Positions 1 to 10,700 of a stretch of 64,000 bases of DNA are shown in pieces. The notes under the pieces are model-generated. The model made no database searches, was not told the origin of the DNA, and worked only from the letters and a program-made list of their open reading frames with translations. The DNA is taken from contig NW_024704742.1 in NCBI RefSeq assembly GCF_018977255.1, positions 93,436,001 through 93,500,000 on the forward strand, read 5' to 3'. Positions within the stretch are counted from its first letter, which is position 1; each line of letters begins with the position of its first letter. Position numbers and translations under genes: made by a program. The stretch is from Callorhinchus milii. Lineage: Eukaryota.

Positions 1-1749
1 AAAGGCAGATGTCCATCAGATAGATGATGAGGAAACTCTGAGGCTTCGGACGATGGTTCCTGGAAGGTGTTAACTGGAGTCTGCGTTTGTAAACATGCAT
101 TCTTACACCTAGGGGCTGGAATCCAACTTGATTGATTTGCAGACAGGCAAGTAGCTGCTCTCATGCTCTGCACCACCAACTGATAGAACTATTACTGGAT
201 GTGTGTACACGCTGTTGTCGGAACATGGTGCCAATGCTTTCACACATTTCATGCTGAGCTGTGCTGCCCACCAGGAAGCTCGCAAGGAGTTTCTGGTTCC
301 TGCCATGCAACAACAACAACTTGTACTTATATAGTGCCCTCCACGCAGGGTAGATATGTTTGGCAACGGAATGTCAGAATCGAGCCAGTCCTCGGTAGTG
401 GTCTTGGGTAGTACAGTTCCTGAGGCAGTTGGGCACACGGTATTCCAGGACACTGCTGATGACAGCACCGCCAGCCTGGCTATTATAATCAAGAGGACTT
501 AGAAGGGCAGATCAAACACCGGGCACAGGGACTCTTGCCACTCAGCTCCTCTGTTATCCCTACAAACCAAAGCCCTCACGGGTAGGATAGTCCTCGCTGT
601 GCTAGGACAAGCAGTGGCAATCTTGGCCAAGCAGTGCTCTTAATAGCAAGCTTTGTGTTTTAGCTGGTTAGACTCCAGCAGTATCCCAATGAGATAAGTT
701 TCCACTTGTGTCAGGATTTGAGCTAATAGTCCAGGTTAGCTGACAATCCAGAGCAATATTGGGCGAGTAATTCATTGCCATGCTTCGATGTGATATTAAA
801 TCATGGTCTTGTTCTGCTATTTCAGGTGGATGTTAAAGACCATGATAGGATTTAAAAAGAAGAGTGCTGGCCAACAATTCTCCAGATTAATTGGTTATTC
901 ACCTTATTATTATTATGGTTAGTTATACCATACTGATGTAATGGCAGCAGCATTTGCCTACAAAACCAGTAATTACTTGTGAATTATGTTTTGATGTTTC
1001 ATAACAAAGCGTTATAAAGAAGTTCTTTCATTTATATAATCCTAAAAATTACCTGTTGTCTGTTAACATTCCCAGTGTTTCCTATTGAATTTGTATTTTC
1101 CAATCCTGCTGTTGTGCTTTGCGACACAGTTTGCAATCTGTTACTTCAGCTGAGTTTTCCCCTTGGGTTCATGTCACACAGTAGGAAGAGGGAAGGGATT
1201 ATAATATTGAGATAAATTTGTTGTCAAACAGGGAGGTTTTATTGAGATTTGCGTCACATTTTCCATGACAATTTATTTTGGTTTGGGAGATTGTGTTGGC
1301 ACCCACACCAATGCACTATACTTTTCTTTGTATTTTGACCCAAATAAAACTTTATCCAGCACAAAACACACTTTTCCATTTGGAAGTAAATAGCAGAAAC
1401 TGAAGGCACAGTCTCAAGCTGGAGAATAACAACTGCATTTAAATAGTACTCTTGAAAGAAGTAGCTTCTCAGATAACTTAATAGTTCCATGACATCAAGC
1501 ACCTTCCAATACCTTGCCTAGTAATAATTGTTTGTGTTTGAGCCGAGGCAGTGAATGTTTACAAGCTATTTGAATGAGGAGGTATAACTGCCAAAGCGGA
1601 TTCTGTACTGACCTGACATCCTGAGACATCCTTCGGATGTGAAAGGCGCTATAGAGTACCAAATGGAAGGATTATTATTATTATTATGGGTAGGGATTTT
1701 TTTTGTGTGTGTGTGTTCCAAATAATTTTGTTGCCTCGATGCGTCTTTT

Positions 1750-2735
1750 ATTGGGCTCTGTCCTTGGTTCCCTCCTCTTCAATATCTATATGCTCCCTTT
1801 TGGTAACATCATCCGCAGACATGGGGTCAATTTCCACATGTACGCAGATGACACCCAACTCTACCTCTCTGCCTCCACTCTTGACTCCAGGACCACTGCT
1901 GTCCTGACAGACATCAAGTCCTGGATGAGAGCTAACTTTCTTCAGTTGAACGTCAACAAGACCGAGGCTCTCCTGATCGGCTCACATAAGCGCTTCCACA
2001 CCTCAGGCATTGACAGCTTCACCATCCATGGTGACAGGATGGTCCGGAACCTTGGGGTCGTGTTTGACCCCTCAACTATCCTTTCTACCCCACATCTGCG
2101 CCATGACCCAATCTGCCTTCTCCCACCTCCGTAACGTTGCCTGGCTCCGACACTGTCTCACACTGCAGGCCGGCGAAACCCTCATACACGTCTTCATTAC
2201 ATCAATGCTCGACCTTGCAAACTTATTGCTTGTCGGCCTCCCCAACTCCTCCCTCCACAGGCTGCAGATCATCCAGAACTCTGCAGCCAGCGTCCTCTCC
2301 CGCACTAGGCTCCGCAACCCTATCATCCACAATCCTTGCCCATCTCCACAGATTTCCCATCACACAGAGGATACAGTGCAAGATCCTGGTCCTTCAAAGC
2401 TCTTCATGGTCTTGCTGCCCCCTACCTCTCCGACCTCTTAATCCCCTACCATCCTTCTCGCTCCCTCCACTCAGCAGATTCCGGCCGGCTTCACGTCCCC
2501 CGCCTCACTCACCCCACTATTGGCGGTTGGGCCTTCTGCCACTCTGCCCCCACCCCCTAGAACTCCATCCTGCATACCCTCCACCTCACCCCCTCCCTCG
2601 CCACCTTCAAGACCCACCTCAAGACCCTCCTCTTCGACCGTGCTTTCGATCTCCCTGCTTCCCCCCCTGCCCTCCACCATCCCCGTCACCGATCCCCCGC
2701 TCGGGTCCGAAAGGCGCTATACAAATGTAATTTCG
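1750..2735 (+). mobile_element. 5'-truncated, frameshifted L2-clade LINE (RT C-terminal half plus 3' tail)
   Basis: [50 protein letters not shown]. Ends GAAAGGCGCTATACAAATGTAATTT. Confidence 0.9.
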
Positions 2736-3144
2736 TTTTTTTTTCTCATTCTTCAGACCTTCAACAGCTCTTCGAGTGTGCCTCCAGTCTCCTCCCTTCC
2801 CCCCCCCTGGCTCGGTATTAATCGTTCCAAGGTCTCTTCCCCTTTCTAACCGGCTAAGTGCTCGGAGACACCGTCCGGCGTGAAGGGCGCTGCGTAAATG
2901 CAAGCTGTTGTCGTTGGCATCGTGCTCTGCCACTTTGAGGTGTTGCGAGACACTGCCCGTTGTAAACGTAAATGCGAGTTGTTGTTGTTGTTGTGCGGGT
3001 CGCTTCCCCCCTCTCCCCAGCTTGGCATGAAGCCCCTGCCATGTTTATGTGCAGTTGGCACAGTTGGCAGTACCCCACTGTGTGTACATCAGTGCAAGTT
3101 GTTGTTGTTGTTGTTGCAGTGTGAGCTGCTCTGAGCACACGGTG

Positions 3145-3400
3145 CAGATGTAAACACTGGGGGGGGGGGAGGGGCGGAGCGCGGACAATGGGCGTCTCTT
3201 AGCAACCGTCAGGGCCGCGTTCCAATAGGCGGGTTCGTATTCGGCCCCACCCGGGCGGGGCGGGCGGCAGCGAGAGCGGCGACCAATCGGGGGCCTCGGT
3301 GGGCTGTCAGTCGCAGGGCAGCTGACCAATGGGGAGCGGGGAGTGGGCGGTGATTGACAGGCGGGGAAATTGAGCCAAACTGTTGCAGATCCGGAGTGAG
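3145..3400 (+). promoter_or_regulatory. CpG-rich promoter-like cluster upstream of CDC14B
   Basis: CCAAT at 3222, 3283 and 3326. GC boxes at 3171 and 3253-3266. E2F-like GGCGGGGAAA near 3360. X-box-like GTCTCTTAGCAAC at 3194-3206. Forkhead TGTAAACA at 3149-3156. Confidence 0.7.
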
Positions 3401-3439
3401 AGCAGCACTTCACTTGTGGCAGCAGCGGCTCTGCAGCCT

Positions 3440-4392
3440 CTCCCCCTGTGTCTCTCCCCCTGAGTCTCCCCGTGTCTCTCACTCCCCGTGTCTCTCTCCC
3501 CCTGACTCTCACTCCCCGTGTCTCTCACTCCCCGTGTCTCTCACTCCCCATGTCTCTCACTCCCCGTGTCTCTCACTCCCCGTGTCTCTCACTCCCTGTG
3601 TCTCTCCCCCTGTGTCTCTCCCCGACTCTCTCTCCCTGACTCCCTCCCCCTGAGTCTCACTCCCTGTGTCTCTCTCCCCCTGACTCTCTCCCCCTCTCCC
3701 CGTGTCTCTCCTCCCTGTGTCTCCCCCTGACTCTCTCTCCCCTGACTCTCCCCGTGTCTCTCACTCCCTGTGTCTCTCCCCCTGACTCTCTCCCCTGACT
3801 CTCTCTCCCTGACTCTCTCTCCCCCTGACGGTCTCTCTCCCTGACTCTCTCTCTCCCCCTGACTCTCTCCCCCTGACTCTCCCCGTGTCTCTCACTCCCT
3901 GTGTCTCTCCCCCTGACTCTCTCTCCCCTGACTCTCCCCGTGTCTCTCACTCCCTGTGTCTCTCCCCCTGACTCTCTCTCCCCTGACTCTCCCCGTGTCT
4001 CTCACTCCCTGTGTCTCTCCCCCTGACTCTCTCCCCCTGACTCTCTCTCCCTGACTCTCTCTCCCCCTGAGTCTCTCTCCCTGACTCTCTCTCCCCCTGA
4101 CTCTCTCCCCCTGACTCTCCCCGTGTCTCTCCCCCTGACTCTCTCTCCCCTGACTCTCCCCGTGTCTCTCACTCCCTGTGTCTCTCCCCCTGACTCTCCT
4201 CCCCTGACTCTCCCCGTGTCTCTCACTCCCTGTGTCTCTCCCCCTGACTCTCTCCCCCTGACTCTCTCTCCCTGACTCTCTCTCCCCTGAGTCTCTCTCC
4301 CTGACTCTCTCTCCCCCTGTGACTCTCTCCCTGACTCTCTCTCCCCCTGAGTCTCTCTCCCTGACTCTCTCTCCCCCTGTGACTCTCTCCCC
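3440..4392. repeat. CT-rich degenerate tandem repeat (CCCTGACTCTCTCTC / CCCCGTGTCTCTCACT units)
   Basis: Directly visible pyrimidine-biased array of about 950 bp. Confidence 0.95.
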
Positions 4393-4460
4393 AATTCAGA
4401 CTGAGGAGTCAGTAATGTGAAACCTTCACCTTCGGGACCAGGGTCTTTTTAAAAAAAGCA

Positions 4461-4709
4461 GTGCCCCCCCTGCCCCCTGCCCCCCCCCCCTGCCCCCCTG
4501 CCCCCCTGCCCCCCCCGCCCCCCTGCCCCCCTGCCCCCTGCCCCCCGCCCCCCGCCCCCCCGCCCCCCCCCTGTGCTGCTGTTGCTGCCGCTTTTAACCT
4601 GTATTTAAAAACGAGACGCAGCGGCACCGAGAGCAGCAACAACAGCGGCGGCGGCGGCGCAGAGGGGAAAGTTCCTGCAGAGTTGTTTCGCTTTTGCCTG
4701 AGCTGCGGA
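4461..4709 (+). promoter_or_regulatory. C-rich tract, TATA-like TATTTAAAA (4602-4610) and GC-rich 5' UTR of coding exon 1
   Basis: (CCCCTG/CCCCG)n tract at 4461-4571, CpG-rich leader with GGC repeats before the ATG. Confidence 0.5.
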
Positions 4710-4755
4710 ATGGCGGATACCAGCGATCTCCTTAATGCAGCGGAGTTGGTGAAAG
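4710..4755 (+). CDS. CDC14B: CDC14B coding exon 1 ([15 protein letters not shown], phase 1)
   Basis: GGAATGG start context. Donor G|GTGAAG. Joins exon 2 in frame as GAT (D). Resembles short CDC14 N-termini ending in K-DRL. Confidence 0.85.
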
Positions 4756-7700
4756 GTGAAGGGGGGGTCCCGGGGGTCCCGGGGAGTGGGGGGTCCCGGG
4801 GGGGAGGGTCCCGGGGAGAGGGGGTCCCGGGGAGGGGAGGTCCCGGGGAGGGGGGTCCAGGGGAGGGGGGGTCCCGGGGAGGGGAGGGTCCCAGGGGGAG
4901 AGGGTCCCGGGGAGGGGGGGTCCCGGGGGGAGAGGGTCCAGGGGAGGGGGGGTCCCGGGGAGGGGGGGTCCCGGGGGAGAGGGTCCAGGGGAGGGAGGGT
5001 CCCGGGGAGGGGGGGTCCCGGGGGGAGAAGGTCCCGGGGAGAGGGGGGGTCCCGGGGGGAGAGGGTCCCGGGGAGGGGGGGTCCCGGGGAGGGGGGGTCC
5101 CGGGGAGGGGGGTCCCGGGGAGGGGGGGTCCCGGGGAGAGGGGGGGTCCCAGGGGGAGAGGGTCCCGGGGAGGGGGGGTCCCGGGGAGGGGGGGGTCCCG
5201 GGGAGGGGGGGTCCCGGGGGGAGAGGGTCCCGGGGAGGGGGTCCCGGGGGGGAGGGGGGGTCCCGGGGAGGGGGGGTCCCGGGGGGAGAGGGTCCCGGGG
5301 AGGGGGTCCCGGGGGGGAGGGGGGGTCCCGCCGAAGCCGAGGCGCCGCCGCTGGGGCGGGGGTTTAGAGTTTGAATGTCTGGGGTTTGGGGGTTTGTGGA
5401 GTGAGTGTCGTCCTGTAGTGGAGCAGCGGTCCATCCCGGGGGGGAGCACTGCACATAGTGATGTGCAAGTCTGCAATGTATGCTCTTGTGATTGATGTAA
5501 TATTAATAATAATAATCCTTGTATATGGTAAAGCGCCTCATCCTCCGGACGTCTCAGAACGCGTCTCAGAATACACCGCAAAGCGGATTTGACTGTATAT
5601 TTTGTGGTTGGCGTCACTTGCAAAGGCGGTTCTGGCGCAGCGTTTCCACGCGGCTGCACCAGCCCGACCGTGTTTAGCGATATGTTCTGTACGTCGTTCC
5701 ATTCACCCGTTTCTCTTCTCGAATGCCTTTCAGATCGGCTGTATTTTGCCATTCTTCGACAGAAGCCCAAGAACACCGCCAACACGCACTATTTCAGCAT
5801 CGATGATGAACTGGTGTACGAAAAGTGAGTCTGGCATTTCCCTCTCGCGCTCTCTCCCCTCTGGTTAACTTTTAACATTGTCTGAGTAGTTCATTGCCTC
5901 GTTTCTGAACATCGGGCGGCAGTTATTTCAGGTCAGTGTCTCGTCCTGTCAGACATAACCCTCCAAGAGAAGTCAATCGTTTGTTAGCGTGAGAGAAATG
6001 ATGGAAATCTACCGTCTACCATTTTCGCCCACAAAATATACACTTTACAATATATTCGGTGAAGCGCTTTAAAACGTCTTGAAGACGTGATAAGGCGCTA
6101 TGATCAAATCCAAGGTTTATTATGAAAGGTTTGTAAGGTTTATGAAACTGGGAACAACGGGAAAGTGAACTTTTAAACAAGATTATAAGCCGCAGGATGA
6201 ATAGTTGTCAAATCTCTTATATCTTATCTGCAAGTTTGTGTTGTAGATTCGTAATCGAGAAGTTTGGGACTGGTGGAAGTCAGGCATTTTCATTGAAGAA
6301 TAATTTGTTTTATTTTCTAGTTTCTATGCAGATTTTGGTCCTCTGAACCTGGCCATGATACACAGGTACTGCTGCAAAATCAACAAGAAACTAAAGGTAA
6401 ATGGAGAGGTGATATTTTATGATGTTTAAGAGTTTGCTGGTAAATATTGATGTACATTTTTTAACATTAATTTCTAATGTGTAGTACTGCCTTCAGCTTA
6501 CGGAATCCAAAATACATATTACAATTTGTGTATCTGTTTATTAGTATTTATTGAGAGATGATAACAACTTGCATTTATAAAGCACACTTCACGCAGGGTA
6601 GAGTCCCGGAGCGCATACAGACTAGTGATAAACCCGAGTGCATTTACAGTTTTCATTTGTTTTCTGAAAAAATGCATTTTTTATTTAATTGCTATGTGCA
6701 ATTATCTGCCAAGATTACATAATCAATCCAACTTACAATATACTTTGTGAAGTGCCTTGAGACATCTCAACGACATGATTAGGAGTTTTATCAAATGTAA
6801 GGATTATTATTAGTCATGATATTTCAGCAGCTTTGAAGCAGTTGCTAATGTTTTGTCTTAAAGTGTGAAAGGCAGAAGGTTTCAATGGATTCATCACCTT
6901 TTAATGATATGAATACTGGAATCGCTAAATAATTCAAATAAAATACTAATTTGCAAATAATATATTAAACAAATTTAGTTATGCATTCATTGCCATGGAT
7001 CCTCCCATGAAAGGCATAATACAAATGTAATTTGTTGGTGGTGGTGGTCACTGAACTCTTTATTATGGGTGTGGATTTTGTGGCTTTTTTTATCAACTAT
7101 CAAGGGTTTGCCACCATAGGTAGCCTGTTCCTGAACATACGCCCAAAGTGTAAACAGATAGTGAATTTTATTTTTAAATCAGGACAATAACAAAGAAATT
7201 TAATGAGATTGTCTCGGGTCACTCGGTTGCTGTGCACTAAACTTGAGATAAGAAGATTCTGATAATAGAATTGAATAAGTGCTCCTCAAGAAAGTTGTAG
7301 GGTTACTGGCCTCTATGTATGCCTCGCCACCCAAATTCTGTCTTGCACAAGTGGAGTCCTGTATAATTTGCTGACTTGCAAGACTTTGGATCGAGCCAGA
7401 GATCACCTTGGACCTTGTGACTCGTGACAAACACTTTTTGCCTGCCTGCATGAGATACAGCTTATATTTTTAACAGGAAGACGCCAGTCAGTGACTTTTA
7501 CTGAGTGGCTTTACAGAGTTGTGCTTTTTCAGTTCCATTCAACCCTGGTGAATCCACTCACTCATTTGTTGATTTGAGGTTGATAAAGTGACTTAACATA
7601 TCTGAAACTGTCTGGGAGTGGAGTCAGGCAGAGAGGATATTGAAAACTATTGGTTTGAATAGTTTTCTGGAAGTACAGGTCCACCTCATTGTTAATGGTT

Positions 7701-10700
7701 GCCCATCTGTGTTTTAATTTGACGTTTCTTCAGCCCCCTGAATTAAATGTCTCATTGGGTAGAGTATTTCAACCTGGACAAGTCTCATGGAATATTTAGT
7801 ACTACAGTAGAGTTGCATGGCTACCATTCAAGACAGGAAATTAAGAGGAAAAAACTAGGCCAGTGAATATAATGATAATCCTTGCATTTGATATAGCAAA
7901 TATCACGTTACCGCAACGTCTCAAATCCCTTTTTGAATTATGCTATGGGATCTTTAATGTCCACCTGAACAGGCAAACTAGGTTTAACCTCTCATCCGAA
8001 CGACAGCACCTCCAACAATGCAACCCCCACACCCTTCTTTTGCATTCCACTGGAGACTATATAATTTCAAGTCCCGTTTGAACCCACAACCTTCTGACTC
8101 CGAGGTGAGATTGCTACCACTACCACTTCTTGTGACATGATGGCTGAGCCAGGGCTGCCATTTTGGTTGGTGTTCTTTATAGCGACGTTAACAAAGTTGG
8201 ACGCTAATGAGATTTTTCCCATTTAAAAACTAATATTGTTAAAGTTACTACAAACAATGCTGATTGCAATTCCATACCTCAGATGTACTTCTGACTAGCC
8301 TAAGAGACAAATATAATGTACAAGTTAAGGAGGGATAAGTGCTGTGCCATCTGATTATATATCATCTCCCAAATATCATGAGCACAAATCTTTGTCTGCT
8401 CACGATGATGTTGAAGAAAACTTTGTTACGTAAGATTGCTTCCACTGTCTTGGGCCTTCATGAACCTGCAGCCTTCCTGAAGCAAACCAGTGCATGAGTC
8501 TCTGTGGTTTCCCTTTGGTCAACTCAAGCAACCCAGAATTCTGGGATTGCTATCACTTTTTGACTTTCACATCATTTTAGAGTAGACTATATTCATGAGA
8601 CCAATAATTTTACAATATAGTGTATTGTGTGCATTGAATAGGCAGATGCAGGAAAGGATGTATTAATATAGAATGTACAATTCGAGTAGTTTAGAGACCA
8701 CTGCTGGATGATATGTATAATGTCTTTGTTCACATATGAATACTGACCAATGGGTGAGTTACCAGAGGGCAACTGGTGCCCGCGGAATCATACCCAGGAG
8801 TGAAAGAGCCAAGAGCCTTTAGGAAGAGTAGGAACATTTGTTAGGGGGAAAAACTCACTGACTCACAGAGGTGTGAGAGCCAAAAGAGTGTTGAAATGTT
8901 GATTTGACTGCATCAAAGGGGAATTAATGATTTCAGTACAAATTATAATGTACAGAAAAAGAGTGTTGTATAATTGCACAGTTATTTTACTGCTGAGTCC
9001 AGGGAGTAAACCTAGTCTAAACAGGATGCAATGAAAGTATGTGAAATGAATTTGGGTAGTTACAGCCTGTTCATTAGTGAACAAGACACAAGAGAATGCC
9101 TTGTGAGAAGTAATGTATCAAGGGTGCTTGATACTACCAATGCATGTCACAGTCATGGTGTTCCACTCTGCAATATTAATTCTTTTATATATGTAAGGAC
9201 AAAATATCATTCCTCCAAATAAATTGCCTTCAGTGTTTAGGGTATGCACAGATGTGAGATTTCAGTGTCTTACAACAGTGTTGGCGAACCCAGACTGTAT
9301 TGTATTGAGTCACGTGTGGCTGATAAACAACAGTGAAAGCCACACCAGTTGGTTTCTGCAGAAGCGGCTGCAGTTTCTTTTGGAACTTTTGCAAGTTCTA
9401 ACAATATACTTATCCATCCTTTCTTGCACGTTAAGCAACAATGCTCTTTATCTGATTTGGGTACACCATATAAAGATTCTAACCCCTAGTTTTGTAACGT
9501 GTGTGGCAAAGGCATCATGGCCAGAATCGTTCTTATCTCTCACACGAGAGTTTATGACCACTGAACCTTCGACAGGCATCAAAAATGACATGACGGCAAA
9601 CAACAAAAAATAATCTCTTAGTCTGCTGGGGTGTGTGTGATTCTCTGAATGTTACACCATAGACTGGTGCAACCATCCTAATTACGTACTACGTGATCAA
9701 AGGCATAACCTTTGCCAGGGGTCTTCCCACCCTCTGGAACTCCATACCTCATTCCCCTCGCCTCACTCACTCCCTCCCTTCCCTCCTTCAAGGTACGTCT
9801 CAAAACCTTCCTCTTCGACCAAGCCTTCGGCCATCCTCCTACCCTCCCTGCCCTTCACCCTCCCTGATCCCAACCCCCATTCTTGGGTCCAAATCTCTGA
9901 CCGTCCAGCGCTTTGGGACGTCCTCCCAACGTGAAAGGCGCTCTATGAATGTAATGTTGTTGCTGTAATTGAGTGTACTTCATTGTGAAAAGTACTTTAT
10001 TTTCTTCTTCCCCCTCCAAATGTTAAATTGCCAGATCACAATTTTTGGCTTAACCCACAGGGTAAACAACACAAGATCCTGCCCTAAAATGCTCAGGATC
10101 AGTTGTAAAGTTATTTTTTAAACCTTTCTTGGTTTATGGTAAATAATCTTCAATCTGAAAGGTAGTTGATGGAAAAAAAATGGTCCAGAGGCCTCCCACT
10201 CCCACACCTTCAATTTTGTAGTTTGAACTCTTTGTTGGGATGTTCTTGTCTTATTTACATTAGCAGCTTTTTTTTTCTTTGTCTTGTTCTTCAGAGTCCA
10301 TGTGCTGCAACTCTTTTTTTACTTACAGTATATACTTCTCCCCATTTCCCTCTCCTGTTTCTGGTTTCCTCAGACCACACCCAAACTGAAAGTCACAGAG
10401 CGGATCAATTTTAAATCGCTCTACACCTTGGCACCCCCTATCTTTCCAAACTTCTCTCTCCTCACAGCAGTACCTGTTGCCTCCCCTCTACTGGCTTCAG
10501 CCTCCTCCTTGTTCCTTGAATCCTCCGCTCCGCTATTGATGGAAGTGCCTTCAGCCACTACTTTCCGAAGCTATGAAACACCTTTCCTCAATCCCTTCGC
10601 CTTGCCCCCTCTTTCCCCATTTTCAGGTTGCACCTGAAGAACTTCTTCTTCGACTGTCTATGGTCACCTTCCCCCTCCCCCGGCTCGGCATCGGGCTCCA

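Noticed and set aside
1..1700. Exons of an upstream neighbouring gene (ORFs 109-492 and 1254-1502)
   Set aside because: No recognisable protein motifs, and the region is interspersed with SINE/LINE remnants.
1703..2441. Functional reverse transcriptase gene
   Set aside because: 5'-truncated and frameshifted L2. The CR1 at 27858-28890 is likewise broken by stops.
3045..4394. RE/SL-rich ORFs on both strands
   Set aside because: Translations of the CT repeat
4409..5785. Long Pro/Gly-rich ORFs (458, 344, 240 and 203 aa) resembling collagen or formin
   Set aside because: They arise from the stop-free G-rich minisatellite. Only 4710-4755 and 5734-5824 are real coding sequence.
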